Of a stretch of 64,000 bases of DNA, positions 28,906 to 43,942 are shown piece by piece. The translations under genes and the position numbers were made by a program. The notes beneath the pieces were generated by a model, which saw nothing but the letters and a program-made list of their open reading frames with translations, did not search any database and was not told where the DNA came from. Positions within the stretch are counted from its first letter, which is position 1; the number at the start of each line of letters is the position of its first letter. The stretch comes from Sandaracinaceae bacterium (GTDB lineage: Bacteria > Myxococcota_A > Polyangia > Polyangiales > Sandaracinaceae), in NCBI GenBank assembly GCA_044220955.1, contig JBGAQA010000008.1:32001-96000 (forward strand), read 5' to 3'.

Positions 28906-30372
28906 ATGGCCGAGGTCCGCTTCCTCCTGAACGGTGCGCCGCACGTCGCGAAGGACGTCGACCCCAACGAGACACTGCTCGAGCACCTGCGCGTCGCGGG
29001 GCTCACCGGTACCAAGGAGGGCTGCGCCGAGGGCGAGTGCGGCGCCTGCGCGGTGGCGCTCGTGGCCCGCGCCCCGGACGGGACCACCCGCTACGAGGCG
29101 GTGAACGCGTGCCTGCTCCTGCTCGCGACGCTCGACGGGCGCGAGGTCGTCAGCGTCGAGGGGATCGCGCGCGGCGGCGAGCTGCACCCCTGCCAGGCCG
29201 AGATGGCGCGGGCGGGCGGCTCGCAGTGCGGCTACTGCACGCCGGGCTTCGTCGTCTCGCTCTTCGCCGAGTACTACCGGGGCCGCGATGGCGCGCTCGA
29301 CCCGGAGTCCATCGCGGGCAACCTGTGCCGCTGCACCGGTTACCGGCCGATCCGCGAGGCGGCCGAGCGGCTCGCGACGGTCCGCACCAAGGAGCGGGCC
29401 GAGGCAGCGCCCGATCCACACCGAGCTCGCCTCGCCTCGCCCGCGGTGCCGCTCGGAGGCGTGAGGCTCGTGTCGGCCGACGCGAGCGGGGCCTCGCGTC
29501 GCTTCGTCCGACCGACGAGCCTCTCGGAGGCGTGCGCCCTGCGCGCTGCCGATCCGACGCTCGTCCCCGTCTCCGGCGGGACCGACCTCGTGGTGGAGAT
29601 CAACCAGCGGCACCGTCGCTTCGAGGGGCTGCTCTCGCTCGAGGCGATCCCCGAGCTCCGGGTCTGGGAGGAGACGGACGCTCACCTCGCGATCGGCGCG
29701 GGCGTGCCGCTCGCAGAGGTCGAGGAGCGCGTCCACGGGCGCGGGGAGCTCCGGATGCTGACGGAGCTCCTGCCGCTCTTCTCGTCGCGCCTCATCCGCA
29801 CGCGCGCGACCTTCGGTGGCAACCTCGGCACAGCCTCGCCGATCGGCGACGGCCCCCCGGCGCTGCTCGGCCTCGGGGCGGAGCTCGTCCTCGTGTCCGC
29901 GCGCGGCCAGCGCTCCGTCTCGCTCGACGCATTCTTCCTGGACTACCGGAAGACCGCGCTCGCGCCGGACGAGCTGATCGCCGAGGTGCGCATCCCGAAG
30001 CCATTCGCGCGGACCCAGCGCTTCTACAAGGTCAGCAAGCGACGCATGGACGACATCTCCACGGTCGCCGCCGGATTCGCCTTGGATCGCGGCGAGGGCG
30101 GAGACGTGACGAGCTTGCGGCTCGCGTTCGGCGGCGTCGCCGCGACACCGAAGCGCGCCCGAGCGGCGGAGAGCGTGCTGCTCGGCAGGACGATCACGTC
30201 GGACGGCGTCGGGCGCGCGCGCGCCGAGGCGCTGCACGAGCTCTCACCGATCGACGACCACCGCGGCAGCGCGCGCTATCGCCGGGCGATGATCGATCGC
30301 TTGATCCAGCGATTCTTCGACGAGGTGTCGGCCTCGGACGCGGCCGCGGCGCTGCCGGCGAGGCAGGCATGA
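28906..30372 (+). CDS. xdhA: Xanthine dehydrogenase small subunit (Fe-S/FAD)
   Basis: GTKEGCAEGECGAC, SQCGYCTPGF, GNLCRCTGY, YKVSKRRMDDIS. Confidence 0.95.
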   Translation: MAEVRFLLNGAPHVAKDVDPNETLLEHLRVAGLTGTKEGCAEGECGACAVALVARAPDGTTRYEAVNACLLLLATLDGREVVSVEGIARGGELHPCQAEMARAGGSQCGYCTPGFVVSLFAEYYRGRDGALDPESIAGNLCRCTGYRPIREAAERLATVRTKERAEAAPDPHRARLASPAVPLGGVRLVSADASGASRRFVRPTSLSEACALRAADPTLVPVSGGTDLVVEINQRHRRFEGLLSLEAIPELRVWEETDAHLAIGAGVPLAEVEERVHGRGELRMLTELLPLFSSRLIRTRATFGGNLGTASPIGDGPPALLGLGAELVLVSARGQRSVSLDAFFLDYRKTALAPDELIAEVRIPKPFARTQRFYKVSKRRMDDISTVAAGFALDRGEGGDVTSLRLAFGGVAATPKRARAAESVLLGRTITSDGVGRARAEALHELSPIDDHRGSARYRRAMIDRLIQRFFDEVSASDAAAALPARQA

Positions 30373-32702
30373 GCGCGCGTCGCGCGGTCGGGCAGCCGAT
30401 CCCCCACGAGAGCGCGGTCGGCCACGTCTCGGGCGCGGCGCTCTACACCGACGATCTGGTGACGCGCTACCCCGGCACGCTGCACGCATGGCCCGTGCAA
30501 GCGCCCCACGCGCGCGCATCGCTCGCGCACCTCGACGTCGCGCCCGCGCGTGCCGTGCACGGAGTCGTGCACGCCATGACCGCGGCCGACGTGATCGGCG
30601 AGAACGACACCGGGCCCTCGCGGCGCGACGAGCCCCTGTTTCCCCGCCCGCCGGCCGCCGGGGAGCACCCGGAGATCCTGTTCCACGCGATGCCCGTCGC
30701 GTGGGTGCTCGCCGAGACGGTCGAGGCCGCGAAGCTCGGGGCGAGCAGGGTGGTCACGAGATACGAGCCGCTCCCGGCGATCCTCACGATCGACGACGCG
30801 ATCCGCGCCGGCTCGTTCCACACGAACGAGGAGAAGATCCGCCGTGGCGAGCCCGAGCGAGCGCTCGCGTCCGCGCCGCATCGTCTCTCCGGGACGTTCG
30901 ACGTCGGCGGGCAGGAGCACTTCTACCTGGAGACGCAGGCCTCGCTCGCGCTCGTGGACGAGGCCGGCTCGGTCTTCGTGCACGCCTCCACGCAGCACCC
31001 GACCGAGACGCAGGAGATCGTCGCGCGTGTGTGCGGTGTTCCGAAGTCGCAGGTGGTGGTGCAGCAGCTCCGGATGGGTGGCGGCTTCGGCGGCAAGGAG
31101 ACGCAGGCCAACCCGTACGCGTCGGTCGCGGCGCTCGGCGCGCTGATCACGAAGAGGCCGGTGCGGGTGCGGCTCGATCGCCTCCGCGACTTCCAGCTCA
31201 CCGGCAAGCGGCATCCTTTTCACGCGCGCTTCGAGTGCGGCTTCGACACCAGCGGCAAGATCCTCGCGCTCTCGGTCGACCTCTTCTCCGACGGCGGTTT
31301 CTCGCTCGACCTCTCGTTCCCCGTGCTCGGGCGCGCGATGTTCCACGTCGACAACGCGTACTTCTTGCCCGACGTCGAGGTGCGCGGCCGAGCGTGCAAG
31401 ACGCACAAGTGCTCGAACACGGCGTTCCGCGGCTTCGGCGGGCCGCAGGGCATGATCGTGATCGAGGAGATCGTCGATCGCGTCGCGCGCACGCTGGGTC
31501 TCTCGCCCGACGTCGTGCGGGAGCGGAACTTCTACGCGGAGGCCGGCACCGACACGACGCACTACGAGCAGACGGTCGACGACCCGCGCATCCACCGCAT
31601 CTGGCGCGAGCTGAAGGCGGAGTCCGACTACGACGCGCGCGCGGCCGCGATCACGGTGCACAACGCGCGCTCGCCGATGCTCAAGCGCGGGATCGCCATC
31701 ACACCCGTGAAGTTCGGCATCTCGTTCACCGCCAAGTACTACAACCAGGCCGGCGCGCTGGTGCTCGTCTACAAGGACGGGTCGATCCAGGTCAGCCACG
31801 GCGGCACCGAGATGGGGCAGGGCCTCTACACCAAGACCTCGCAGATCGCGGCCGACGCGCTCGGCGTCCCGCTCGCGAGCGTGCGCGCGATGCCGACGCG
31901 CACGGACAAGGTCCCGAACACCAGCGCGACCGCGGCCTCGGCGGGGGCAGACCTCAACGGCGCCGCGGTGAAGAACGCCTGCGAGACCATCCGGGCGCGC
32001 CTCGCCGAGTGTGCGGGTCGCGCGCTCGGCGTACCTGCCGACGAGGTCACGTTCGACGACGGCACGATCGGGGCAGTCGGCCAGCCTCGGAAGTCGATGA
32101 CCTTCGCGGCGCTCTGCGATCTCGCCTACCACGAGCGCGTGCAGCTCTGGGCGAGCGGCTTCTACAAGACGCCGACGATCCACTGGGACCCGAAGGCCGG
32201 GCGCGGCAAGCCCTTCTTCTACTTCGCGTGGGGCGCAGCGGTCTGCGAGGTCGCCGTCGATGGCTACACCGGCATGGCCTCGATCGAGCGCGTCGACATC
32301 GTGCACGACGTCGGCGACTCGCTCTCGCCGCTCGTGGATCTCGGGCAGGTCGAGGGCGCCTTCGCGCAGGGCGCGGGGTGGCTGACCCAGGAGGAGCTCG
32401 TCTGGGACGCACAGGGTGCTCTGAGGACGAGCAACGCGAGCACCTACAAGCTGCCGAGCCTCGGCGAGTGCCCGCCCGTCTTCCGCGCGCGCCTGCTCGA
32501 GCGCGCGCCGCAGCCCGGCGTCGTCATGGGCAGCAAGGCCGTCGGCGAGCCGCCCTTCATGCTGGCGTTCTCGGTGCGCGAGGCGATCCGCGCCGCCGTC
32601 GCGGCGTTCGCGCCGCAGGGCCACCGCGCGCCCGTCGCGCTCGGCTGCCCCGCGACGAGCGAGCAGATCTACTGGGCGATCGAGGCGGTGCGCGAGGGCT
32701 AG
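30369..32702 (+). CDS. xdhB: Xanthine dehydrogenase molybdopterin subunit
   Basis: GGQEHFYLE, RMGGGFGGKE, AFRGFGGPQG, VKFGISF, SKAVGEPP. Confidence 0.95.
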   Translation: MSARRAVGQPIPHESAVGHVSGAALYTDDLVTRYPGTLHAWPVQAPHARASLAHLDVAPARAVHGVVHAMTAADVIGENDTGPSRRDEPLFPRPPAAGEHPEILFHAMPVAWVLAETVEAAKLGASRVVTRYEPLPAILTIDDAIRAGSFHTNEEKIRRGEPERALASAPHRLSGTFDVGGQEHFYLETQASLALVDEAGSVFVHASTQHPTETQEIVARVCGVPKSQVVVQQLRMGGGFGGKETQANPYASVAALGALITKRPVRVRLDRLRDFQLTGKRHPFHARFECGFDTSGKILALSVDLFSDGGFSLDLSFPVLGRAMFHVDNAYFLPDVEVRGRACKTHKCSNTAFRGFGGPQGMIVIEEIVDRVARTLGLSPDVVRERNFYAEAGTDTTHYEQTVDDPRIHRIWRELKAESDYDARAAAITVHNARSPMLKRGIAITPVKFGISFTAKYYNQAGALVLVYKDGSIQVSHGGTEMGQGLYTKTSQIAADALGVPLASVRAMPTRTDKVPNTSATAASAGADLNGAAVKNACETIRARLAECAGRALGVPADEVTFDDGTIGAVGQPRKSMTFAALCDLAYHERVQLWASGFYKTPTIHWDPKAGRGKPFFYFAWGAAVCEVAVDGYTGMASIERVDIVHDVGDSLSPLVDLGQVEGAFAQGAGWLTQEELVWDAQGALRTSNASTYKLPSLGECPPVFRARLLERAPQPGVVMGSKAVGEPPFMLAFSVREAIRAAVAAFAPQGHRAPVALGCPATSEQIYWAIEAVREG

Positions 32703-32870
32703 GTTTCCAGGGGCCCTGGGCGGGCCCCTCGACGCACCGGCAGAGCCGGATGCGTCTCACCCCCTCACCGACTCGGCTCGCTACCGCTCGCCTCGCGAGG
32801 CACAGCGCTCGTCTCGCGCACCAACCTCGTCGTGCCCGAGGCCGTCGTCGATCTAGGGACAGCCTTCGAG

Positions 32871-33917
32871 TCAGGCGACGGCGCCGTACTCGGAGTCGTC
32901 GGCCGAGACGGTGCCTTCGCGGACGCGGGCGTCGATCCAGGGCTCGTCTTGCCGCGGCGGCCCGAGCACGACCGGCGTGCCGTCGTAGCGCACGCGGCGG
33001 CCCGGGAAGATGTACGCCTTGAAGCAGTAGACGAAGAGCGACTTCTGCTCGAGGCGCGGATCGATGAAGGGCGCGAGCTCCTTCGCGTGCGCCGCGGGCG
33101 TCAGGCTCCAGTGCAGGCCGGCGTGCATGTGGTGGATGCCGTGGAAGCCGTTGTTGAACGTGAACCAGTTGACGAACTTCCCGACGAAGTTCCGCGAGTG
33201 GTTGTAGGGCGACTCCGGATCGCAGCCGTCGTGCTGCACGAAGTTGATGCCGGCGATTCCCCACACCGCGTACTGGTGCGGGATGAAGACGAACACGATG
33301 AACTTCCACGGCTCGAAGGAGGGCCAGAGCGAGATCGCGAGGGTCACCGCGAGGAAGAGCGCGTACGCGCCGAGCTCGAGCATGAGCTGGCGGTACCAGA
33401 CGGGCTTGCGGGTGCGCATCACCTTCGCGTACTCGTAGTTGTCCTTGAAGATGGCGCCGCCGACCGCGAAGTTGAAGAAGAGCTGGTTCAGCAGGTTCCA
33501 GCGGAAGCGCATCTTGTCCGTGCGCATCCGGTCCTTCGGCGTCTGCGTGTACTTGTGGTGCGAGAGGTTGTGCCCGGGCACGAACATGCTGACCGGGTGC
33601 CCGTAGGTCAGCGAGAGCGCCATCTGGAAGATGCGGTTGTGCGTGCGATCGCGGAACACCGGCGCATGCACCGTGTTGTGCGTCGCCACGGCGCAGAAGA
33701 ACGAGAGGAAGCAGATCGTCGCGCAGAGGATCGCCGCGGCCCATCCGGGCATCGGGACGGCGTAGCCGACCGCGACCAGCGCGAAGTACGTGACCACGAA
33801 GGCGACGGTGCGCCGGTCCGCCGCATATCGGAGCAGGCCCGCGCGCCGCGCGCCGCCGTGCGTGTAGAGCGCGTCCACTGCGTGCTGGTTGCCCGTGTCC
33901 CCCGGGATGGCTTGCAT
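32871..33917 (-). CDS. Membrane fatty acid desaturase
   Basis: His boxes HNTVH, HNLSHH and HGIHH. Confidence 0.9.
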   Translation of the reverse strand: MQAIPGDTGNQHAVDALYTHGGARRAGLLRYAADRRTVAFVVTYFALVAVGYAVPMPGWAAAILCATICFLSFFCAVATHNTVHAPVFRDRTHNRIFQMALSLTYGHPVSMFVPGHNLSHHKYTQTPKDRMRTDKMRFRWNLLNQLFFNFAVGGAIFKDNYEYAKVMRTRKPVWYRQLMLELGAYALFLAVTLAISLWPSFEPWKFIVFVFIPHQYAVWGIAGINFVQHDGCDPESPYNHSRNFVGKFVNWFTFNNGFHGIHHMHAGLHWSLTPAAHAKELAPFIDPRLEQKSLFVYCFKAYIFPGRRVRYDGTPVVLGPPRQDEPWIDARVREGTVSADDSEYGAVA

Positions 33918-33930
33918 GACGCGGCGAGTC

Positions 33931-35843
33931 TTAGCCCCGGCTCTGCGCTTGTCCATTTCGGGCCAGGGCCGTTCTGAGGCCCGTCACACGGTGCGAAGCG
34001 CGCTTCACGCCAGCGCTCAGGAGCCGCGGATCTCCTACGATCAGCGCGGATCTTCGTGCTCGGGTGATGGCCGTGTAGAGCAGCGAGCGGCCGAGGAGCA
34101 AGGGGACGTCCTGGCTCGGGAGCAGCAGGGTCACGTGATCGTGCTCGGACCCCTGCGCCTTGTGGACCGTGGTCGCGTACGCGCGCTCGACGGTGCCGAG
34201 CACCAGCTCGAGCGGGTGGTGGACCAGCCGACCGCCGCGCACGAACACGGCCATCAGCCGCGGACCCTCGGGCGTCGACAGCGTCGCGACCATGCCCTGG
34301 TCGCCGTTCAAGAGCTCGCGGTCGTAGTCGTTGCGGTGCGCCAGGAGCGGCTCGCCCGGGACGAACCCCTCGGAGCCGGAGAGCTCGGCGGCCATGCGGC
34401 CGAGGCGCGCGTTCGCGCCGTCTGCGCTCGCGGCGTCGCGACCCGTGCGCGTCACCGTGAGCACCCGGCTGGCTGCCAGCTGCGTGAGGCAGCTCTCGAG
34501 GCGCGCGCGATCGAGCTGGCTCTGCATGTCGAACGCCGCGCGCGCGAGCTCGAGCACAGGGGCGAAGCGCTCGGCGAACGTCGCCCTGAGAAACGCCGCG
34601 CGCTCCCGCTCGAGCCGCGCGACGCCCGAGTCGTGCTGGGCCGCCTGGGCCGGGTCGTCGAGCGCGCGGACCGAGGCCGGGTCGAGCGAGCCGTCCCGGA
34701 TCGACGCGGCGACGCGGCGCACCTCGGCTCCGCCTGGATCGCGCGCGTCGGTCCGGTGGCTCACGCTCAGTCGCGCGACCGGCACGACGCCCGGCGCCGC
34801 CACCAGGTCGGCGAGCACCGCGCCGGGATCCACGGAGGGCAGCTGATCGGGGTCGCCCAGGAGCACGAGTCGCGTGTCCGGCGAGAGCGCCGCGACGAGG
34901 CGCTCGGCGAGCGCGAGGTCGAGCATCGACGCCTCGTCCACGATCACCAGGCGCTGAGGGAGCGGGTTCTGCCCGTGGAACGTGAACGCGCCGTCGGAGG
35001 GGCGGAACCCGAGCAGGCGGTGCACCGTCTCCGCGCGGGGCAGCCGGTCGAGCAGGGCGGTCTCGCCGCGCAGCGTGGCCGAGAGCGAGGCGAAGATGCG
35101 GTCTGCCGCCTTCCCGGTCGGTGCGGCGAGCGCCACCGACGCTGGAGCGACGATCGGGCGATCGCCTCCCGCGAGCGCGCGGACGATCGCGGCCACGATC
35201 GACGTCTTGCCCGTGCCGGGGCCGCCGGCGATGACGACCTGCGGGCCAGCCACGGCGGCCCGGAGCGCCGCGAGCTGCTCGGGGCCGAGCGCGGCAGGTC
35301 CCTCTGGCGTCATCAACGTTCCGGCGCGCTCCGTCGCGGCCTCCGTCGCGGTCCCCGCTGCGCCCGGAGCCGCCGCCGCTCGCGCCGCGAGCGAGCGGGC
35401 GAGGCGGTCCTCGAGCGCGACGTGGCGCGCGGCCGCGAGCCGTCCCTCGTCGAGCACGAGCGGCCGCGCCTCGCCCGGTCCCCCGACGATCGAGCCGAGC
35501 AGGAGCCGCGCGCGAGAGAGACCGTCCGTGAGGGCGTCGCGCTCGGCGGCGTCGAGCCCGAGCTCCTCCGCGCGGGCGAGCGCATCGTCACGATCTCCGA
35601 GCACGATCGCCGTTCCGCCGCGGTGGGCCGCGTCGAGCGTGGCGAGCACCACGAGGGTCGCGGCGAGCGGATCGCTCGGTCGTGGCCGCACGAGGCGCAC
35701 GAGCTCCCACGCGAGCGCGAGCGGCTCGGCGCCGAGGTCGCTCTCGGCGAGGCGCTCCGCCAGCGCGTGAGGGAAGGGCAGCTCGTCTCGGGCCGCGAGC
35801 CCTGCGCGGAGCCACGCGGTGCCGTGCGGCGTCAGCGTGCTCT

Positions 35844-35847
<4 letters not shown>
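33931..35847 (-). CDS. recD: Exodeoxyribonuclease V alpha subunit
   Basis: GGPGTGKT, AAPTGKAA, IVDEASM, GDPDQLPSV, TVHKAQGSE, LYTAITRAR. Confidence 0.95.
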
Positions 35848-39331
<3,484 letters not shown>

Positions 39332-39335
<4 letters not shown>

Positions 39336-42300
39336 CGCGCCGCTCCCTTGGACGGTGGGACGATCGCGGGCTCGTGCAGGTGCTGGAAGAAGAGCGCGAA
39401 GCGTTGCCCCACGAGCCGCGCGGGCGCGCTCGGCGCGGGGAGCCTCACCGCGCCGCGCACGGGGCCGTAGCGGCTGCGGCCACCCTCCCACTTGGGGCCA
39501 CGGACGACGTCGATCGAGCGCGAGAGGTCGCGCTCGAGCGTCGGGCTGCCCGAGACGAAGAGGTGGGCGACGCGCAGCACCGACTCGATGGGCATGAACG
39601 ACGTCTGCGGCTCGGTCGCGAGCTCCCTGGCCAGGCCGGCGAGCCAGCGCCGGGCGAGGTCGGGTCGCAGTGGCTTGAGCGTGACGCTCGTGCTGCCGTG
39701 GCGAGCGACGACGAGCGCGCGGCGCGAGCGAGCCGTCGCGCGGGGCTCGAGGCAGAGCGCGGCGTGGTCGACGAATGCGCGCAGTGCGAGCCGCAGGTCG
39801 GCGATCTGCTTGCGCTCGCGCGCGCGCTCGGCGCCGAAGTCGAGCTGGAGCGGCTCCTCCCCGCCGAGCAGCGGGGCCGTCGTGCCCACGAGCTCGAGCG
39901 CTCGGCCATCGGGGAGCGGTCCGAGCGCGATCGGATCGAGCGCGCGGCCCGCGGCGTCGCCGTGCTCGCGGCCCGCACCGAAGCGCACCGCCGCCGCCTC
40001 GCGGACGCCCGGCCGCGCGCGGCGAAGCTCGGCGAGCATCTGCTCGGCCTCGTCCGACGCGAGCGAGCGTGCCCGCTCACCGAACGCGCCGAGCGGGAAC
40101 GTCCCGTGCGCGACGCCGTGGGCCGCCAGCGCCTCGACGGACGTCGTCGCGCCGAGCGCCCCGAGCACCAGCGCGCGGACGACGTCGGCGTGCGTCCAGC
40201 GGTCGAGGTCGAATGGCTCCGAGTCGCCGCTCGCGTCGTCGTCGTCGTCCGCGCGCCCCACGATGCGGCGCGCAGCCGCCTGCACGGGGCAGTCGAGGAA
40301 GCGGCGCAGATCATCGAGCGTCACCCGGACCACGGCGCCGGCCTCGGCAGCCGGTCGCGGCGGGATCGGCGGCAGCAGGAGCCCGGCCCGGCGCGGATCG
40401 TCCGGGGCGAGCTCGCGCAGCAGATCCGCCAGCGGCAGGGCGCTGCTCGCCCAGCGCGCGCGCTCGGCGTCGCCGAGCACGCGAGCCCGAGCCTCCGCCT
40501 CGGCGATAGGGAACGCGAGCGTGGCGACGCGCGCCGCGAGGTCGCCCTCTCTCGCCGCGGCGAGCAGCGCCACGTCGCGGCGGAGCGGGGGGCGGGAGCG
40601 CTCGAGCTCCGGTAGCTGCGCGTGCAGCTCGCTCAGCGCGTGCGCGGGTGCGATGTCGTCGCCCGTCTGCTCGTCGCGCGCGACCCACGAGAGCACCAGC
40701 GCGTCCCGCGCCGACACGAGCGCCTCGAGCAGCGCCAGGCGATCGCGGTCCTCCGCCGTGACCTCGCAGGCCTGACGGCCCGTCTCCGCGCGCAGGTCCA
40801 GCCCCGTCTCCGGCTCGTGCGAGGGGAAGCGGCTCTCCCCGAGGCCGAGGACGAAGACGAGCCGGTGGTCGCCGGCGCGGTGCGGCGCGAGCGCTCCGAC
40901 GAGCACGCCGCGATCGCTGGCGCCGCGCGCCGCCGGGAGCGACTCGAGCGCGCGGAGCGCCAGGCTGGAGGCCGCGGCGCAGCCGAGCCTCGCCCCCCCG
41001 TCCAGCGAAGGTCCGCCCAGATCGCGCAGGGCCAGGAGCGCACGGCGATGCTCCGCCTGCTCCATCCCCTCGGTCACGACGTACGTCTCCGCGAGCGACA
41101 CGAAGAAGCGCGCCCACGCGTCGACGGGCAGCGACGCGCGGCGCGCAGCCGCCACGTCGGCGGCGAGCGAGCGGATCAGCGACACCACGCCGTCCACGCC
41201 TCCATCCAAGTCCAGCTCCTCGGGGAGCCATCGCTGCCCGTCCTGCTCGAAGAAGCGCTCGTCGCCGCTTCGCTCGCCGAGCATCACAGCGCCCAGCGCG
41301 AGCCGCTCGATCGCCTGCTCGAGGTGGATCGCGCACGGATCGGCCGCGTACGTGGCGGGCAGCTCTTCCGGGCCCGTGCCGAAGTACACGCCGAGGCGTT
41401 CGATCGCCAGCGCGAGCGCCTCCGGCTCGGGAGCGCCCGCCTCGCCGGCGCCCGGCAGCCGCGCGAGCACGAGCGGGTGGAGCAGCACGTCGAGCAGGCC
41501 CGCGCGCGTCGGCCCCGCCGCGACCAGCCGCACGAGGCGCACGATCACCTCGAGGACGCGGCTGCGCGAGGCGAGCGCGAGATCGACGCCGCTCCAGGGG
41601 ATGTCGCGCGCCTCGGCGAAGACGGTCTCGATCTGCGGGAGATAGAGGTCGCGGTCGCGCGCCGGGATCCAGACGGCCACGTCCGGGAAGCGCAGCGGCG
41701 CGCCGGTGGTCGCGGCCTGGTGAACGCGCGCCCAGATCTCGCCGGCGACCGCCTCGACCTCGCGGCGCAGCGAGGGCGCGGCGACGACGACGACGGAACC
41801 GTCCCGGGCGGCGCTCGCCTCCGCGGCGCGGATCGGGCGCCTCTGCCGGATCGAGGCCTGCAGGCGCCCGAGGCGCGTGCGCTCGTCGGCGTCGGCGAAG
41901 AAGCGCTCCGCCGCGTACTCGGTCGCCGCGTCGAGCGCTGCGACGTGCTCGCGGGCCGCGGTTCCCCACGACGCGAGCAGAGGGCTCTCGGAGCCGGTGT
42001 CGTCGGCCGAGCGCCGCGTCGCGTCCTCCCAGAACTCGGCGCAGGGCGCCGGCGTGAGCACCAGCACTTCGCCGCGCGTCGCGATGGCGCGCACGAGCTC
42101 GTGCTCGACGCGGGAGAAGTACGAGTAGCCGAGCACGACGAGCGGCACGCTCTCCGCGCGTCGATCCGGCGCCGCGAGCGCGAGCGCGCCCTCCGCGAGC
42201 GTCGTGACCGCGTCGTCGAGCGGACCGAGCGCCTCGCGCAGGAGCGCGCCCTGCCACCAAGCCCGGGCGCCCGGACCGCGCTCGCCGGCGCGCCAGGCGC

Positions 42301-42751
42301 GGACGAGCTCCGGCCGGTCGAGGGTGTAGCTGGCGTAGAGCCGTGCGAGGCGTGAGGCCAGCTCGCACGCGCGGCGCTCGCGCAGCGCGCGCGTGCCGCC
42401 GCCTTCGCCTTCGCCGTCGACGTAGGCGCGCACGGGCGCGAGCTCGTCGCTCGCGAGCCGCGCCGGAGTGAGCAGGACGTCCCGGACGAGCCCCTCGCAG
42501 AGGCTCGCCGAGAGCACCTCGCGCCCGGTCGCGCTCCGCACGCGCGCCTCGAGCTCCGCCGGCAGCCGCGTCAGATCGATCGCCGCGACGATCCCCAGCG
42601 CGCGCGCGAGCGCTAGCTCGGCGCGCCGCTCGACGACCCGGCTCGGCACGGCGACGACCAGCCGCTCGAAGGGATCGACGCGCGCGCGCACCCGCTCCGC
42701 GAGCACCTCCCACAACCGCTCCACGCGATCGGAGAAGACGACGCGCAGCAC
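39332..42751 (-). CDS. recC: Exodeoxyribonuclease V gamma subunit
   Basis: VFSDRVERL, SPLLASWG, RREVEAV, VLGLGESRFP, DLRRFLDCP. 1139 aa, first gene of recCBD. Confidence 0.92.
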
Positions 42752-42755
42752 GCGC

Positions 42756-43253
42756 TCAGCCCTTCCGGCGTCCCTCGAAGGGCGCCCGCCCGCGCACCAC
42801 GAGGTCCCACCACTTGAAGGTCATCGCGAGCGCCGCGTCGAGCTCGCGCGTCGCCTCGGTGGGCGCGAGCGTCGCGTCCGGGAGGCACTGCGCGGCGATC
42901 GGCGAGGCCGCGAGCATGTGCTGGATTCCCTGCGAGAACCCCTCGCCCGCATACACGAGGCAGACGGGCATCCCGAGCTGTGCGAGGTCCTGGAGCGCGT
43001 ACGGGATCTTCTCGTCTGCCGTGCCCGCGCTGTCCTGGTACTTGCACTCGAGCGCCATCGCGGTGCGCGTGGACTCCTCGATGATCAGGATGTCGATCCG
43101 TCGGTTCTTGCCGATGATCGTCTTGCCGAGCGGGACCTCGCGATAGATCGTGATGCCGCGGTGGCCGAAGCTCGTGGCCAGATACGACGCGATGGTGTTC
43201 GCGTACTGGGCCCCGGTCATGGTGACGGTCTTGCGCACGGCCGGTTCTCTCAC
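42756..43253 (-). CDS. Small PD-(D/E)XK nuclease, restriction-endonuclease-like
   Basis: YREV...RRIDIL...ALECKYQ...GTADEKIPY. Alternative start at ATG 43220. Confidence 0.85.
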   Translation of the reverse strand: MREPAVRKTVTMTGAQYANTIASYLATSFGHRGITIYREVPLGKTIIGKNRRIDILIIEESTRTAMALECKYQDSAGTADEKIPYALQDLAQLGMPVCLVYAGEGFSQGIQHMLAASPIAAQCLPDATLAPTEATRELDAALAMTFKWWDLVVRGRAPFEGRRKG

Positions 43254-43660
43254 GCGAGGAGTCGAAAGCCCAGCGCGCGCGCGGCCACGGCCATCTGCTC
43301 GTCGTGGGTCGCGAAGCGCAGGGCGGAGTCACGCTGCCGCAGCGCCAGCGCGCTGGCGAGGTGGATGGCGTCCAGCGTACGGAGGCTCGTCGGCATCGGC
43401 TCGGCAGCGCGGCGGAGGATGCGGCGATCGAGCACCGCGATCTCGAACGCCGACAGGATCTCGTCGACCGCGTCGCGCCGGTCGGCGACCTCGTCGTCGT
43501 CGAGCTCGCCCGCGAGCCGCTGCCGGTCGACGACCCGGAAGCACTCGACGCGCGCGAGCTCGCTCGTCACCGGGTCGCGCAGCTTCGACCAGCTGGCGAG
43601 GCGTGCCCGCTCACCGAACGCCACGCGCAGCACGACCGAGGAGTCGACGTAGGCCCTCAA
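43250..43660 (-). CDS. vapC: PIN-domain toxin (VapC family)
   Basis: YVDSSVV, SELARVE, LRTLDAIHLASA, ATHD. TTG start preceded by GAGGA. Confidence 0.9.
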   Translation of the reverse strand: MRAYVDSSVVLRVAFGERARLASWSKLRDPVTSELARVECFRVVDRQRLAGELDDDEVADRRDAVDEILSAFEIAVLDRRILRRAAEPMPTSLRTLDAIHLASALALRQRDSALRFATHDEQMAVAARALGFRLLA

Positions 43661-43670
43661 GGCTCGGTCC

Positions 43671-43925
43671 TCATCGCTCGCCGCGCTCGGCGCGGAGGGT
43701 GGCCAGCGTCGAGGCGCGCGCGCGGGTGGGCGCGTAGCGCTTCCGCCGGAGCGCACCGAACGACGTCGACGCGGGGATCACCGTGACGCCCTCGTCGTCG
43801 TCCACGGGCACGAGCCGTGCGACGGGTCGATCCCGGTCGGTGACGAGGATCGTCTCGCCGCGCTGCACGCGACGCAGCGTCACCGAGAGCTCGTCCTTCA
43901 GGCGCGCGATCTTGATCGACCTCAT
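43671..43925 (-). CDS. Phd/YefM antitoxin
   Basis: MRSIKIARLKDELSVTLRRVQRGETILVTDRDRPVARLVP. Confidence 0.9.
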   Translation of the reverse strand: MRSIKIARLKDELSVTLRRVQRGETILVTDRDRPVARLVPVDDDEGVTVIPASTSFGALRRKRYAPTRARASTLATLRAERGER

Positions 43926-43942
43926 GGCTAGATCTGGCCATG
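43923..43942. promoter_or_regulatory. Near-perfect 20-bp palindrome, putative TA operator
   Basis: CATGGCTAGATCTGGCCATG overlaps the antitoxin start codon. Confidence 0.6.

Noticed and set aside
28065..32702. 1545-aa ORF suggesting a giant XdhB fusion
   Set aside because: Real XdhB starts at ATG 30369. The upstream part is an off-frame overlap of xdhA.
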